IMG/VR virus record: IMGVR_UViG_3300033568_000014
Location: 1-25,303 of that record
Reading direction: 5' to 3' (one strand)
Length of the DNA stretch: 25,303 bases
Source of the DNA: a virus
Taxonomy: Duplodnaviria; Caudoviricetes
This document shows, in pieces, positions 1 to 7,978 of this stretch (positions are counted from its first letter, which is position 1; every line of letters starts with the position of its first letter). The notes under the pieces are model-generated. The model was not told the origin of the DNA and did no database searches. It saw nothing but the letters and a program-made list of their open reading frames with translations. A program made the position numbers and the translations under genes.

Positions 1-439
1 TTCGGTGGGCCGTCTTGAGCCCGTACTCATTCACGCCCCCGATCTCCTGAGGGTTGACCACCTCGCCCCAGTGCCAGTCGCTGGCGAAAAGCGTGGGGAC
101 ACCCGGGGAACTCTTCGCGCCCTTCCGCGGCTCCAGCGTCCACCTTGGAGGCGCAGGGTCCGCCTTCGCCAGCTTGAAGATTTCCTCGCGGACGACTGCG
201 GTATCCAGCGCCAACTTCTTGAGCCTTTGGACCTCCAGCGTCAGCAGGCGCATCCGCTCTTCCATGGCGGGGTCCGGCTCGTAGACCTTGACCACTTCGC
301 CGAGCTTTGGATTCTTGGCCCGCCGCTCCGCCTTCTCCTTCGCGTTCCGCTTCTTCTCTGCCCGCTCATACCAAGTCAGCCCGTCCGGGCCGATGAGCAT
401 TCCATTGCGGCGCTTGCCGGGCTGGCGGGGTGGGCTCAT
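1..439 (-). CDS. Calcineurin-like metallophosphoesterase (phage type), 3' end outside window
   Basis: Not in the ORF track. Manual translation from ATG at 439, just after the upstream TAG at 442-444, gives MSPPRQPGKRR...coiled coil...PGVPTLFASDWHWGEVVNPQEIGGVNEYG, with the DxHxG first metal-binding motif. The frame is open to the window edge. Confidence 0.75.
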   Translation of the reverse strand, partial: MSPPRQPGKRRNGMLIGPDGLTWYERAEKKRNAKEKAERRAKNPKLGEVVKVYEPDPAMEERMRLLTLEVQRLKKLALDTAVVREEIFKLAKADPAPPRWTLEPRKGAKSSPGVPTLFASDWHWGEVVNPQEIGGVNEYGLKTAHR

Positions 440-441
440 GT

Positions 442-870
442 CTATGTATCCGTCGCCGTGTCGTCAAGCAAATCCCCGCCCAGCAGCAGCCGGATTAGGG
501 CGCTGCACTCGCGGGTGAGGCGCTTGATCTGGGCCTTATCTTCTGTCGTGGTGGTGGTGGCCTTCGCTAAGTAGACTTGGTTCGCGGTGAGGGCGGCGCG
601 GCCCTTGGCGTCCAGGTCTGCCTCCACAGCGCTCGGCACGTGGTCGAGGATGGAAACGCCGGGAAGGTCGCCCGTGGTGGCCCCGTTCTTGAGGTCGTAC
701 CGGCCCGACTCGACCCAAAAGAAATAGCTGCCGTCCTGCCCTGCCGTGATCGGGTTGGGGGTGAGGAACCCTGTTTCCGCCCCGAAGATGGGAGGCTTCG
801 CCAGCGTTCCCATCCGGCAGACCGTGACGGAGGCGCCCGGCGTCGTGATGCCTCGGTAAAGGACTCTCAT
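442..870 (-). CDS. Virion accessory protein, N-terminal Ig-like/head-binding-like domain plus C-terminal helical region
   Basis: 142 aa. The GASVTV...NPITAGQDGSYFFWVESGRYDL pattern resembles N-terminal particle-binding domains of tailspike-type proteins. ATGA overlap with the collagen gene. Confidence 0.55.
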   Translation of the reverse strand: MRVLYRGITTPGASVTVCRMGTLAKPPIFGAETGFLTPNPITAGQDGSYFFWVESGRYDLKNGATTGDLPGVSILDHVPSAVEADLDAKGRAALTANQVYLAKATTTTTEDKAQIKRLTRECSALIRLLLGGDLLDDTATDT

Positions 871-2384
871 AGGCTCACCTTGGCGCTTGCGCCTGTGCTT
901 CCGGAGCTCCCGGTGGAGGTGCCAGGGACAGATGGCGTGGAGGGCGTGGTGCCCTGGCCGTCTGCGGTGGTGAGGGTGTTGGTGCTGGTGCAGAGCATGG
1001 TGACAAAGCCACCCGACCCGCCAGTCCCGCCCGCGCCGCCGAGGCCTGTGGTCACGCCATTCCCACCGTTGCCACCGTTGCCACCAGATGCGTCGATAGC
1101 GTTGGTGATCGCGGAGCCTGTGGCGGAGTTGTAGACGAAAATGACCGCGCCGCCACCACCGCCACCACCACCACCGCCGCCGCCCGTGATGACGCCGGAG
1201 CCCTGGCCGTTTGCACCGTTGCCACCCGCGCCACCGGCTGCCGTGATGATGCCTGCCGTGGCATTGGAGCCACGGGCGACGACGTAGGCCGCAACCCGAA
1301 GGATGCCGCCAGCAGCGCCACCACCGCCGCCGCCGCCGCCCTTGTTCGCGCCGTTGTCCCCGCCGCCGCCGCCGCCGCCGCCTGCGCCGGAGCCCGCGTT
1401 GCTGAGGGCGATGCCACGGAGAAAGTGGAACTGCGGCGTGGTGAACTTGTGCTGAAGGGAGATACTCCCGCCGTTGCCAGCGAACGCGCCGAAGTTCGCG
1501 CCATTTCCACCGACGCCACCATTGCGACCCTGCCCGCCCATATTAACGGTGCTGGCCGTGCCATTGCTCGCGTTGGATCCCGCGCCCGTCTGCCCGGCGC
1601 CACCCGCGCCGCCGATAGTGGGAGCGCCAAAGGATCCGCCCGCACTGTAGGCGATGGTCCCCGCAGCACCCGCCGCGTCCGTGGTCGTCGTCCCGCCGGC
1701 ACCGCCCCTCACCGAAATCGCCCCAGCCGGAGCCGCAGAAATGTCGAGGGTGCCGTTGATGAACAGCCGGTAACCCGCCGTGTTGATCGAGGCGGTTCCG
1801 GAGAGCGTCACATTGGAATAGTAGGTGTCCCGCGTGAGGGTCGTCGTCCCGCTGCTCGCCGTGAGCGCACCGTCCGAGCCATCCCCGAACCACTCCTTGT
1901 CGGGGCCTGCGCCGGTTGCGCCTTGCGTTCCCTGGGTCCCCTGTGCCCCCTGGGTCCCCTGGTTCCCCTGTGCGCCCTGGTAGCCCTGATTTCCCTGGCT
2001 TCCAGCGGTGCCTTGAGAGCCCTGGAACCCCTGCGCTCCCTGCGCTCCAGCGGCCCCAGCGTTGCCCTGCGCGCCCTGTACGCCCTGAGTACCTTGGTTC
2101 CCCTGCGAACCCTGAGCCCCGGCAGCGCCGTTCGCACCCTGGGAGCCCTGAGCACCCGCGGAGCCCTGGGAACCCTGAGCGCCAATAGCGCCAGCAGAGC
2201 CCTGAGCCCCCTGGCTCCCAGCACCCTGAACTCCCTGAGCGCCTTGGAACCCCTGAGCACCCTGAGAACCCGCGCCCTGCACACCTTGAGCACCCTGGAA
2301 CCCTTGCGCCCCCTGATGCCCCTGCTGGGCGACCGAAACGACGCTCTTGACCTTCGTGCTTTTCGTGATGGTCGGCCCGGTCAT
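867..2384 (-). CDS. Collagen-like fibre with C-terminal glycine-rich (polyglycine) adhesin domain
   Basis: Start reassigned to ATG 2384 (ATGA overlap with the upstream stop), giving 505 aa. About 44 G-X-Y triplets (mostly GxQ), then FGDGSDG and many GGxGG/poly-G segments. Confidence 0.88.
   Translation of the reverse strand: MTGPTITKSTKVKSVVSVAQQGHQGAQGFQGAQGVQGAGSQGAQGFQGAQGVQGAGSQGAQGSAGAIGAQGSQGSAGAQGSQGANGAAGAQGSQGNQGTQGVQGAQGNAGAAGAQGAQGFQGSQGTAGSQGNQGYQGAQGNQGTQGAQGTQGTQGATGAGPDKEWFGDGSDGALTASSGTTTLTRDTYYSNVTLSGTASINTAGYRLFINGTLDISAAPAGAISVRGGAGGTTTTDAAGAAGTIAYSAGGSFGAPTIGGAGGAGQTGAGSNASNGTASTVNMGGQGRNGGVGGNGANFGAFAGNGGSISLQHKFTTPQFHFLRGIALSNAGSGAGGGGGGGGDNGANKGGGGGGGGAAGGILRVAAYVVARGSNATAGIITAAGGAGGNGANGQGSGVITGGGGGGGGGGGGAVIFVYNSATGSAITNAIDASGGNGGNGGNGVTTGLGGAGGTGGSGGFVTMLCTSTNTLTTADGQGTTPSTPSVPGTSTGSSGSTGASAKVSL
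1914..2321 (-). repeat. Collagen-like 9-bp-period coding repeat (G-X-Q)n with two G-A interruptions
   Basis: Direct translation: GHQGAQGFQGAQGVQGAGSQ...GTQGTQGAT. Confidence 0.95.
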
Positions 2385-2818
2385 CGCGTCACCTCGCGGT
2401 CGAAACACACCTGACCCTGGACGATGCGGTCTACCTTGCCGGCGGGGGTGATGAGCTCCAGGTCCCACACGGCCAGCGGGCCGTAGCCTCGGGTGGCTGT
2501 GCCGTCGTCAAACGCCTCCAGGAGCCAGTCCTGGTGAGTGCAGGCGGACAGGTCTAGCCCGGGGTCGCCCTCCGTGAGGTCCGCGTTGGCGATGTCGAGG
2601 GTGATGGTGCCCAGGGCGCCGCCCATCGTGATCCCGGCGGCGGGGTCGCTGGTGAGGCTGAGGATGGTCGTTTCGGACAGGACGGCAGGGCGCACCTGCA
2701 TCCGCGCCTCGTAGCCTGTGAGGTTGAACAGGGTGCCGTCCGGGTTGCGGTAGGTCACGACCCGCTGCCAGTCCGTGCCCGTCTGGATGATGAGATTGCT
2801 GCGGCCGTAGTCGGTCAC
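2381..2818 (-). CDS. Fibre-attachment adaptor (BppU-N/LtfC-like beta-sandwich)
   Basis: GTG start at 2818 after GGAGG, overlapping the upstream TGA; 145 aa. Motifs NLIIQTGTDW, FNLTGYEARMQVR, GTITLDI, VWDLELI and C-terminal REVTR are typical of adaptors encoded just before collagen fibres. Confidence 0.72.
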   Translation of the reverse strand: MTDYGRSNLIIQTGTDWQRVVTYRNPDGTLFNLTGYEARMQVRPAVLSETTILSLTSDPAAGITMGGALGTITLDIANADLTEGDPGLDLSACTHQDWLLEAFDDGTATRGYGPLAVWDLELITPAGKVDRIVQGQVCFDREVTR

Positions 2819-3174
2819 GATGACGCCTCCCCGTGCTTGCGGGCGCAATAGGTGCGGAGCTGGGATACCTGCGTGGAAGATTCCTCTCGGTAGCGGTTGA
2901 ACTCCGGCCGGCTCACATAGGCCGCAGCCATGTCGCCCTTCAGCCGCTCGAAGGACATTTCCACCTGATGGATGCGTTCGTGGTCCTTCTCGCGCTCAGA
3001 CCGGATCTCACTGATTTGCTTCTTCAGCTCGGCGATGGCGTTCAGGATGTGGCTCTCCGTGGACACCCAGAGGGACTTGTTTTGCGCGTTGAAGTAGGTC
3101 AGCACCGCCCAGCAGCCGAGGACGGTGCTGATTGCAATGCCGAGGATGCTCAGTGTCAGTTGTCCCGGCGTCAT
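2815..3174 (-). CDS. Single-TM coiled-coil membrane protein (lysis-region accessory)
   Basis: ATG 3174 overlaps the upstream stop; 119 aa. N-terminal TM (LTLSILGIAISTVLGCWAVL), heptad region and YVSRPEF motif. Confidence 0.65.
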   Translation of the reverse strand: MTPGQLTLSILGIAISTVLGCWAVLTYFNAQNKSLWVSTESHILNAIAELKKQISEIRSEREKDHERIHQVEMSFERLKGDMAAAYVSRPEFNRYREESSTQVSQLRTYCARKHGEASS

Positions 3175-3839
3175 CGCTGCCCCCTCACCCAAGCGCCGAG
3201 GGCCAGGCCCCCAACGGCGTACAGCCATTTCTTCCTTCGTTGGTCCGCCGCTTCCTTCTGGGCGGCCTGCGCAATGTCCTGCAATGCCTTCGCCCGTTCC
3301 GCCTGGGCTGCGGTCTGCTTGTCCGCCGTGGCCAGGGACTCGCGGACCCCGGCGTTCTCCACGCGGACGGCGGCCACGAGTCCCTCAGCCGCGAGGACCG
3401 TGGCGTCAGCGGCGGCAGCGTGGGCCTCCAGCAGGGGCACCCTCAGTGCTTCCTCGCTCCAGGTCCAGACGGTGGTGGCCTCGATCTGGGGGAGCGGGGT
3501 GAGGATGCCACGGGCGGCCAGTGCGGGCGCCAGGTCAGACGGGGGGGGGCCCGGAGGCGGGGGGATGGGGTGTTTTGCTTGCTCCGCCTTCCTTGCTGCC
3601 AACTCCTTGTCCTTCTGGAGCGCCACCGCCCGGGCCTGCTCCGTCCGCTGATTCGCCGCATCCCTTTGATTGGCCAGCTCGGCAATGCGGCCCTGCCAGT
3701 AGGCGTCCCGCTGGGCTCCGGCTTCCTGGACGCGCCGAAGGTGCGCGGACCAGAGGAGATTCCCGGTGATGATCGACACGAGGACGACCGCGCCCGCCCC
3801 GATGGCCTTGGTTCGGAGGTCAAATGTCATCGTCATCAC
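3171..3839 (-). CDS. Spanin-like (Rz-like) membrane-anchored coiled-coil protein
   Basis: N-terminal TM, Ala/Gln-rich coiled coils, PIPPPPGPPP hinge and a C-terminal hydrophobic tail; lies downstream of the endolysin. Exact start uncertain (MMTM). Confidence 0.55.
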   Translation of the reverse strand: MMTMTFDLRTKAIGAGAVVLVSIITGNLLWSAHLRRVQEAGAQRDAYWQGRIAELANQRDAANQRTEQARAVALQKDKELAARKAEQAKHPIPPPPGPPPSDLAPALAARGILTPLPQIEATTVWTWSEEALRVPLLEAHAAAADATVLAAEGLVAAVRVENAGVRESLATADKQTAAQAERAKALQDIAQAAQKEAADQRRKKWLYAVGGLALGAWVRGQR

Positions 3840-3954
3840 CAGACGGACGGGGCAGGGGGCCGGGGAACTCTTCCTCGCAGTCGTCCAGGCCGGAGTCCGG
3901 CCAGAACAGCGCGAAGAGACAGGCGAGGATGAAGATGAAGAAGAGCCACTTCAT
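3820..3954 (-). CDS. 44-aa small membrane protein
   Basis: Not in the track. MKWLFFIFILACLFALFWPDSGLDDCEEEFPGPLPRPSGDDDDI*. Its ATG overlaps the upstream TGA (3951-3953) and it fills the gap before the spanin-like gene. Confidence 0.65.
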   Translation of the reverse strand: MKWLFFIFILACLFALFWPDSGLDDCEEEFPGPLPRPSGDDDDI

Positions 3955-4193
3955 TCCCCACCCCCGGGCAGCTTCGGGAGAAACTCAGGCCGCACGGCGT
4001 TCTTCGGCCTCCCAGGGAGGTCGTAGGCGTCCACGACATAGACGCCCTCGTAGGGGATGGCGTCCACCATGCGGACGACAGCCTTGGGGTCCATGCCCAC
4101 GGGGACACTCAGGGTCAGCGTGATGTATTTGACCCGGCCCATGGTCGGGATTGGGTGGGTCAGCAGGGTCGCAAGAAGAACGGCGGGCATCAT
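3951..4193 (-). CDS. Hypothetical protein (80 aa) with hydrophobic N-terminus
   Basis: Start reassigned to ATG 4193 (ATGA overlap with the endolysin stop): MMPAVLLATLLTHPIPTMGRVKYITL... Confidence 0.6.
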   Translation of the reverse strand: MMPAVLLATLLTHPIPTMGRVKYITLTLSVPVGMDPKAVVRMVDAIPYEGVYVVDAYDLPGRPKNAVRPEFLPKLPGGGE

Positions 4194-4684
4194 TCGGCAC
4201 CTCTGTAGAGAGCGGCCCTGGCCGGGATGACCCGGATGTAGTCCCGCGTTTCCTTGGGGCTGAACTGGACCCAGCCATAGGCGCCCGAAACACCGGCAGC
4301 CTCGGCCCGCCGCACGGCCTTCCGCCAGTTGCCGGGCCCCCAGTTGTAACAAGCGAGGCCCGCGATCCACGGGTCAACACCTGGGAGTGTCTTCCGCGCA
4401 AAAGCCTCCTGGCGGCCCATGTAGTAGTGCTGGGCACGGATGGCCCAGAAGGGAGTGAAAGGACTCGCCTCCCGGGGCACCACGCCCTGGTCCTGCATCT
4501 CCCGCCAGGTCCCATCCATGAACTGCCCCAGCCCCTTGGCGTGGCTGATGGGGTTCTCCGCCATCGGGCGAAACCTGCTTTCCTGCCAGCACTGCGCCGC
4601 CCTTTCGGGCCAGCGGTCACCGGCCACAGCCTGGAAGTCCGCCTGATAGGGGACCGTCAGGAACAGAAGGGCGGCGGACTTCAC
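4190..4684 (-). CDS. Endolysin, soluble lytic transglycosylase (SLT) family
   Basis: Catalytic QES motif, AKGLGQFM, ACYNWGPGN and KETRDYI match the canonical SLT motifs; adjacent to the holin-like gene. Confidence 0.92.
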   Translation of the reverse strand: MKSAALLFLTVPYQADFQAVAGDRWPERAAQCWQESRFRPMAENPISHAKGLGQFMDGTWREMQDQGVVPREASPFTPFWAIRAQHYYMGRQEAFARKTLPGVDPWIAGLACYNWGPGNWRKAVRRAEAAGVSGAYGWVQFSPKETRDYIRVIPARAALYRGAE

Positions 4685-5154
4685 CGCACCACCCCCGCCG
4701 CCAAAAACGCCAGGGCCAAGATCAGCGCGGCCAGGACCGTCGCGCCGTTCCGCTTCTTGGCGGCCTTGATCTCGTCAGAGGTGTCATTCGTCCAGATCCA
4801 AAGGCGCTTGCCCACTTGGTTATCGAGCCAGTGCCAGGTGGCATAGGCCCCGAAGATCACCAGCGGCCAGACGGCGGCCACGGCCAGGACGCGGGCCAGG
4901 GCGAGGCGCACGAAGACCACCACATCGAAGGCCCGATCCTCCGGGTTGACGGACGCCCCGGCGGCATGGCCGCCCGCGAAGAGAAGGATGACGGCCGCCG
5001 CAAGAGCCACCGCAGCGGCGATCCGGGCGCTCCGCTTCATGCGGGCGGGCTCTTCCAGCAGATGGTAGGCGTTGGTGAAGAGGTCGTTGACCCACTGCGC
5101 CTTCCACGCGACCAGCGCGGCGGCGATGACGAGGCAGGTGATGAGAATGAACAT
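4681..5154 (-). CDS. Putative holin (multi-TM)
   Basis: 157 aa with about four hydrophobic segments, directly upstream of the endolysin; GGAG RBS. Confidence 0.65.
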   Translation of the reverse strand: MFILITCLVIAAALVAWKAQWVNDLFTNAYHLLEEPARMKRSARIAAAVALAAAVILLFAGGHAAGASVNPEDRAFDVVVFVRLALARVLAVAAVWPLVIFGAYATWHWLDNQVGKRLWIWTNDTSDEIKAAKKRNGATVLAALILALAFLAAGVVR

Positions 5155-5163
5155 GGGATCTCC

Positions 5164-6033
5164 TTAGGTGTTGCCGGTGATGTCGAAAGCCCAGTAGCCG
5201 ATGCGGAGGGAGCCGTTGCCGCCAGCGGCGCCGTTGCCGTGTTCGCCGCCGCCACCGCCACCGCCATCCACGCCAACCGTTGCCGCCCTGGAGCCCGTGG
5301 AAAGCGCCACGCCCCCGAGGCCGCCACGCTGCCCGCCGCCCTTGCCGCCAGGGTCGCCATTGCCACCCGAGGATCCGTCGCCGCCGGATTGGCCGTAGGT
5401 CGTCACCCCATCAGCCGTGGCTGAACCGCCCACACCCGCCAGCATCTGGCCCACGAAGACGCCAGAGCCCCCGGCGCCGGAGGGATTGGGAGAGGACACG
5501 CCACCGCCGAGCCCGCCACCTACCGTCAGGAGCGTGGTGGCGCCGTGCTTGAGGGTCGTGTCCGCGCCCGCCGAGCCCAGGACCCCAGAGGAATAGGTAT
5601 CGTTGGTGACGATGGCCGTACCGCCCGCCCCGCCTGCGCCAATGTCGATGTCCAGGGTCCAGCCGGCGGTGACCGTGATGGGGATCAGCGTGACCTCGGC
5701 ACCCTCGCCGCCGCCGCCACCGGAGTGGTGCACAGCGGACGCACTGGTCCAACTCCCTGCCCCGCCCCCGCCCCCGCCCTTCGCCCGCACCACCAGAATC
5801 TGTGAGACCCCAGCGGGGACATTCCAGGTCCCGTCCGCCGTGAACTGCGCCTCCGTCCAGGTGCCCGTGGCGCCCAGGGCCTCCAGCTTGGTTTTGAGGT
5901 AGAGGGTTCGGTCGGTCAAGTCCTCTGCGGACATGTTCGCCTCGCCCGTGGCCCCGCCCAGCGCCGGGTCAGTGGTAGCCACGCCTCGGACATTCGTTGT
6001 CCAGGTGGCGGCTTCGGTGATGTTGTAGGGCAT
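5164..6033 (-). CDS. Tail fibre protein with glycine-rich C-terminal domain
   Basis: N-terminal baseplate-attachment motif W...DPALGG..G.AN..A..L.DRTLYLK, then FTADGTWNVPAGV...GGGGGG (Gly-rich domain). Occupies the P2 H position after I. Confidence 0.85.
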   Translation of the reverse strand: MPYNITEAATWTTNVRGVATTDPALGGATGEANMSAEDLTDRTLYLKTKLEALGATGTWTEAQFTADGTWNVPAGVSQILVVRAKGGGGGGAGSWTSASAVHHSGGGGGEGAEVTLIPITVTAGWTLDIDIGAGGAGGTAIVTNDTYSSGVLGSAGADTTLKHGATTLLTVGGGLGGGVSSPNPSGAGGSGVFVGQMLAGVGGSATADGVTTYGQSGGDGSSGGNGDPGGKGGGQRGGLGGVALSTGSRAATVGVDGGGGGGGEHGNGAAGGNGSLRIGYWAFDITGNT

Positions 6034-6043
6034 GGTCAGCTCC

Positions 6044-6868
6044 TCACGGCCAAGTCACAGTCCAGGAGCCGAAGACCTCCACATCGGCGGCCTTGTGCAC
6101 CGCCGAGCGGGTGTAATCCACGAGCTCCGAGTCGTCATCCAACAGTAGGCCGAAGTGATCCCATTCCCCGGTCCCATCGACGCCGAAGAGCCGCCAGTCG
6201 AGCCGGGCAGTATTCGCTCCGATGTCCCGGTAGCGGATGTTCCGCTTCGTCCAGGTGGTGCCGTCCTCAGACCCGCCCACCTGATTCAGTTCGGTCGCGC
6301 CGGTCCAGGCGGGCTCCGCCCCCAGGGCACTCGCGGGATCTTCAATCTCCAGGACAATGCGCACCAGGCGCGACCGCACCGGCCCGAAGTAGGCGGCCAC
6401 TTCCTGCACGAGCGCGTACTGCCCGGAGGTGAAGCCTTCGCCGCCAGTGAGGTCCAACTGGACGCCCCACTCGTACCACTCATCGAAGCCGATGCCGTAG
6501 TAGTAGAAGCCGTTGAAGTCCCAGGTGCCGTCGTACCGGAGCGCCCCCTGCCCGTCCAGGATCTGGGCATTCGGCCAGCCGAGGATGCGCAGCGCCTCTT
6601 TCACGGCCCAGGGAGTGCCGCGCCGCCCCTGCAGGCTGTGCATGGCCGCCAGATAGTCACGGCGGTCCGCATCGCTGCCCAGGTGCTCCCAGAGCGGGCC
6701 CAGCATGTCCCAGCCCCAGGCCATCGCCGTGAGGGCGGAGGCTTCGATGGTGGCCGGATCTTGGACGAGCACCACATCCTGGTCCGGGACGGCCAGACGG
6801 GCGATCAAGGCCTCGAAGGCCTGGCCCCGCGTGTCGCGGATGGAGTAGGGGACGACCAACTCAGCCAT
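6044..6868 (-). CDS. Baseplate wedge/tail protein I (P2 gpI-like)
   Basis: L..MAW.W and RRGTPWAVKEALRILG motifs, YDG..DFNG..YYG aromatic repeat; follows J. Confidence 0.85.
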   Translation of the reverse strand: MAELVVPYSIRDTRGQAFEALIARLAVPDQDVVLVQDPATIEASALTAMAWGWDMLGPLWEHLGSDADRRDYLAAMHSLQGRRGTPWAVKEALRILGWPNAQILDGQGALRYDGTWDFNGFYYYGIGFDEWYEWGVQLDLTGGEGFTSGQYALVQEVAAYFGPVRSRLVRIVLEIEDPASALGAEPAWTGATELNQVGGSEDGTTWTKRNIRYRDIGANTARLDWRLFGVDGTGEWDHFGLLLDDDSELVDYTRSAVHKAADVEVFGSWTVTWP

Positions 6869-7976
6869 TGGCCGTCCCCGTGATGGTGATGGTGATGGTG
6901 CCGCAGTCGCAGAACTCGTCCGCAGCCGCCACCACGGAGGGCACGGGCTCGATCAGGGTCAGGTCGTAGACGCCTGCCACGAAGAGGGCCGCACTCACCT
7001 GGGCGCCCGTGATGTCCTGGCCCAGCGTCCGGCGCCGGAGGGCGGCCAGGGTCTGGGCAGCGGCCTCAGCAGCGGCCAGCACGGAGGCCTGGTCCGCCGA
7101 TGCGTAGACGGTCAACTCCGCTTCGATGGTGTAGGGCAGCGCCGTGGCGCTGACGACCGTGACGGTATCCGTGAGGGGCCGGACGGTTTCGTCGCTCAGG
7201 GCCGCCTGGACGCCCGCGATCTGCCCCACTGTGGGCGCACCGCTGATGGTGAGGATGGCGACCTGGACCTCCCCGCCGGCCGGGCTGGTCACATAGGCGT
7301 CCACGATCTCCGGCCCCCAGGACAGGGCGTGGAACTTGTATGCGCCGGAGCTGCCAGCCGTGCCGAAGGCGTAGGGCGCCAGGCGCACCCGCTCCCGGAG
7401 GGCGTCATCGGATTCCGTATCCACGCCGCCGGAGGTTGTGGTGGTGTTGCTGGCGGTGGAAACACCCGCAATGGCGTCCAGCAGGACGGACACCTGGGCG
7501 GAGGTGTAATCGTTGCCGACCTCCCCGGGGACCGTGCAGGTGCAGGGGAGGTCGGCGAAGAGTTGGCCGGCGGGGATCACCCCATCGGCATTCGGCGTGA
7601 AGATCACCGCCCCGCTCGTGGACTGAACCCGCGTGGCAGCCGGGATGGTGGTGTCTGTGCCCAGCACCGTGGCCAGGGTGAAACGGATCGTGGTGGTGGC
7701 GTACTTGTTCACCAGCCGCGTCACTCCGAGGTTCGCCGCCAGTGCGTCCAGCCGGTCCTCCGTGGCGAAGGCCACGAGGTTCTGCTCGGCGGCCAGTTGA
7801 ATGCCCATGCGGACCAGGCCCTCGCGGTAGGCGTAGGCGTCGATCAACAGGCGCTCAACCTGGGCGGGCTCCAGAGACCGGCCAGCGGTCGTCTCAAAGG
7901 AGGTGATCATGTCCTGGATAACCTGGACGGGGTCGGTGGCGATAAAGACGGGGCGGAGGGGGAGCGCGGTGGTCAT
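6861..7976 (-). CDS. Baseplate J-like wedge protein
   Basis: QNLVAFATEDRLDALA, GGVDTESDDALRERV, TAGSSGAYKFHA and VRPLTDTVTV motifs; 371 aa. Confidence 0.95.
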   Translation of the reverse strand: MTTALPLRPVFIATDPVQVIQDMITSFETTAGRSLEPAQVERLLIDAYAYREGLVRMGIQLAAEQNLVAFATEDRLDALAANLGVTRLVNKYATTTIRFTLATVLGTDTTIPAATRVQSTSGAVIFTPNADGVIPAGQLFADLPCTCTVPGEVGNDYTSAQVSVLLDAIAGVSTASNTTTTSGGVDTESDDALRERVRLAPYAFGTAGSSGAYKFHALSWGPEIVDAYVTSPAGGEVQVAILTISGAPTVGQIAGVQAALSDETVRPLTDTVTVVSATALPYTIEAELTVYASADQASVLAAAEAAAQTLAALRRRTLGQDITGAQVSAALFVAGVYDLTLIEPVPSVVAAADEFCDCGTITITITGTANG

Positions 7977-7978
7977 CG

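Noticed and set aside
867-1900. PE-PGRS or host glycine-rich surface protein
   Set aside because: No PE domain or signal peptide; it is fused to a collagen stalk in a phage fibre context.
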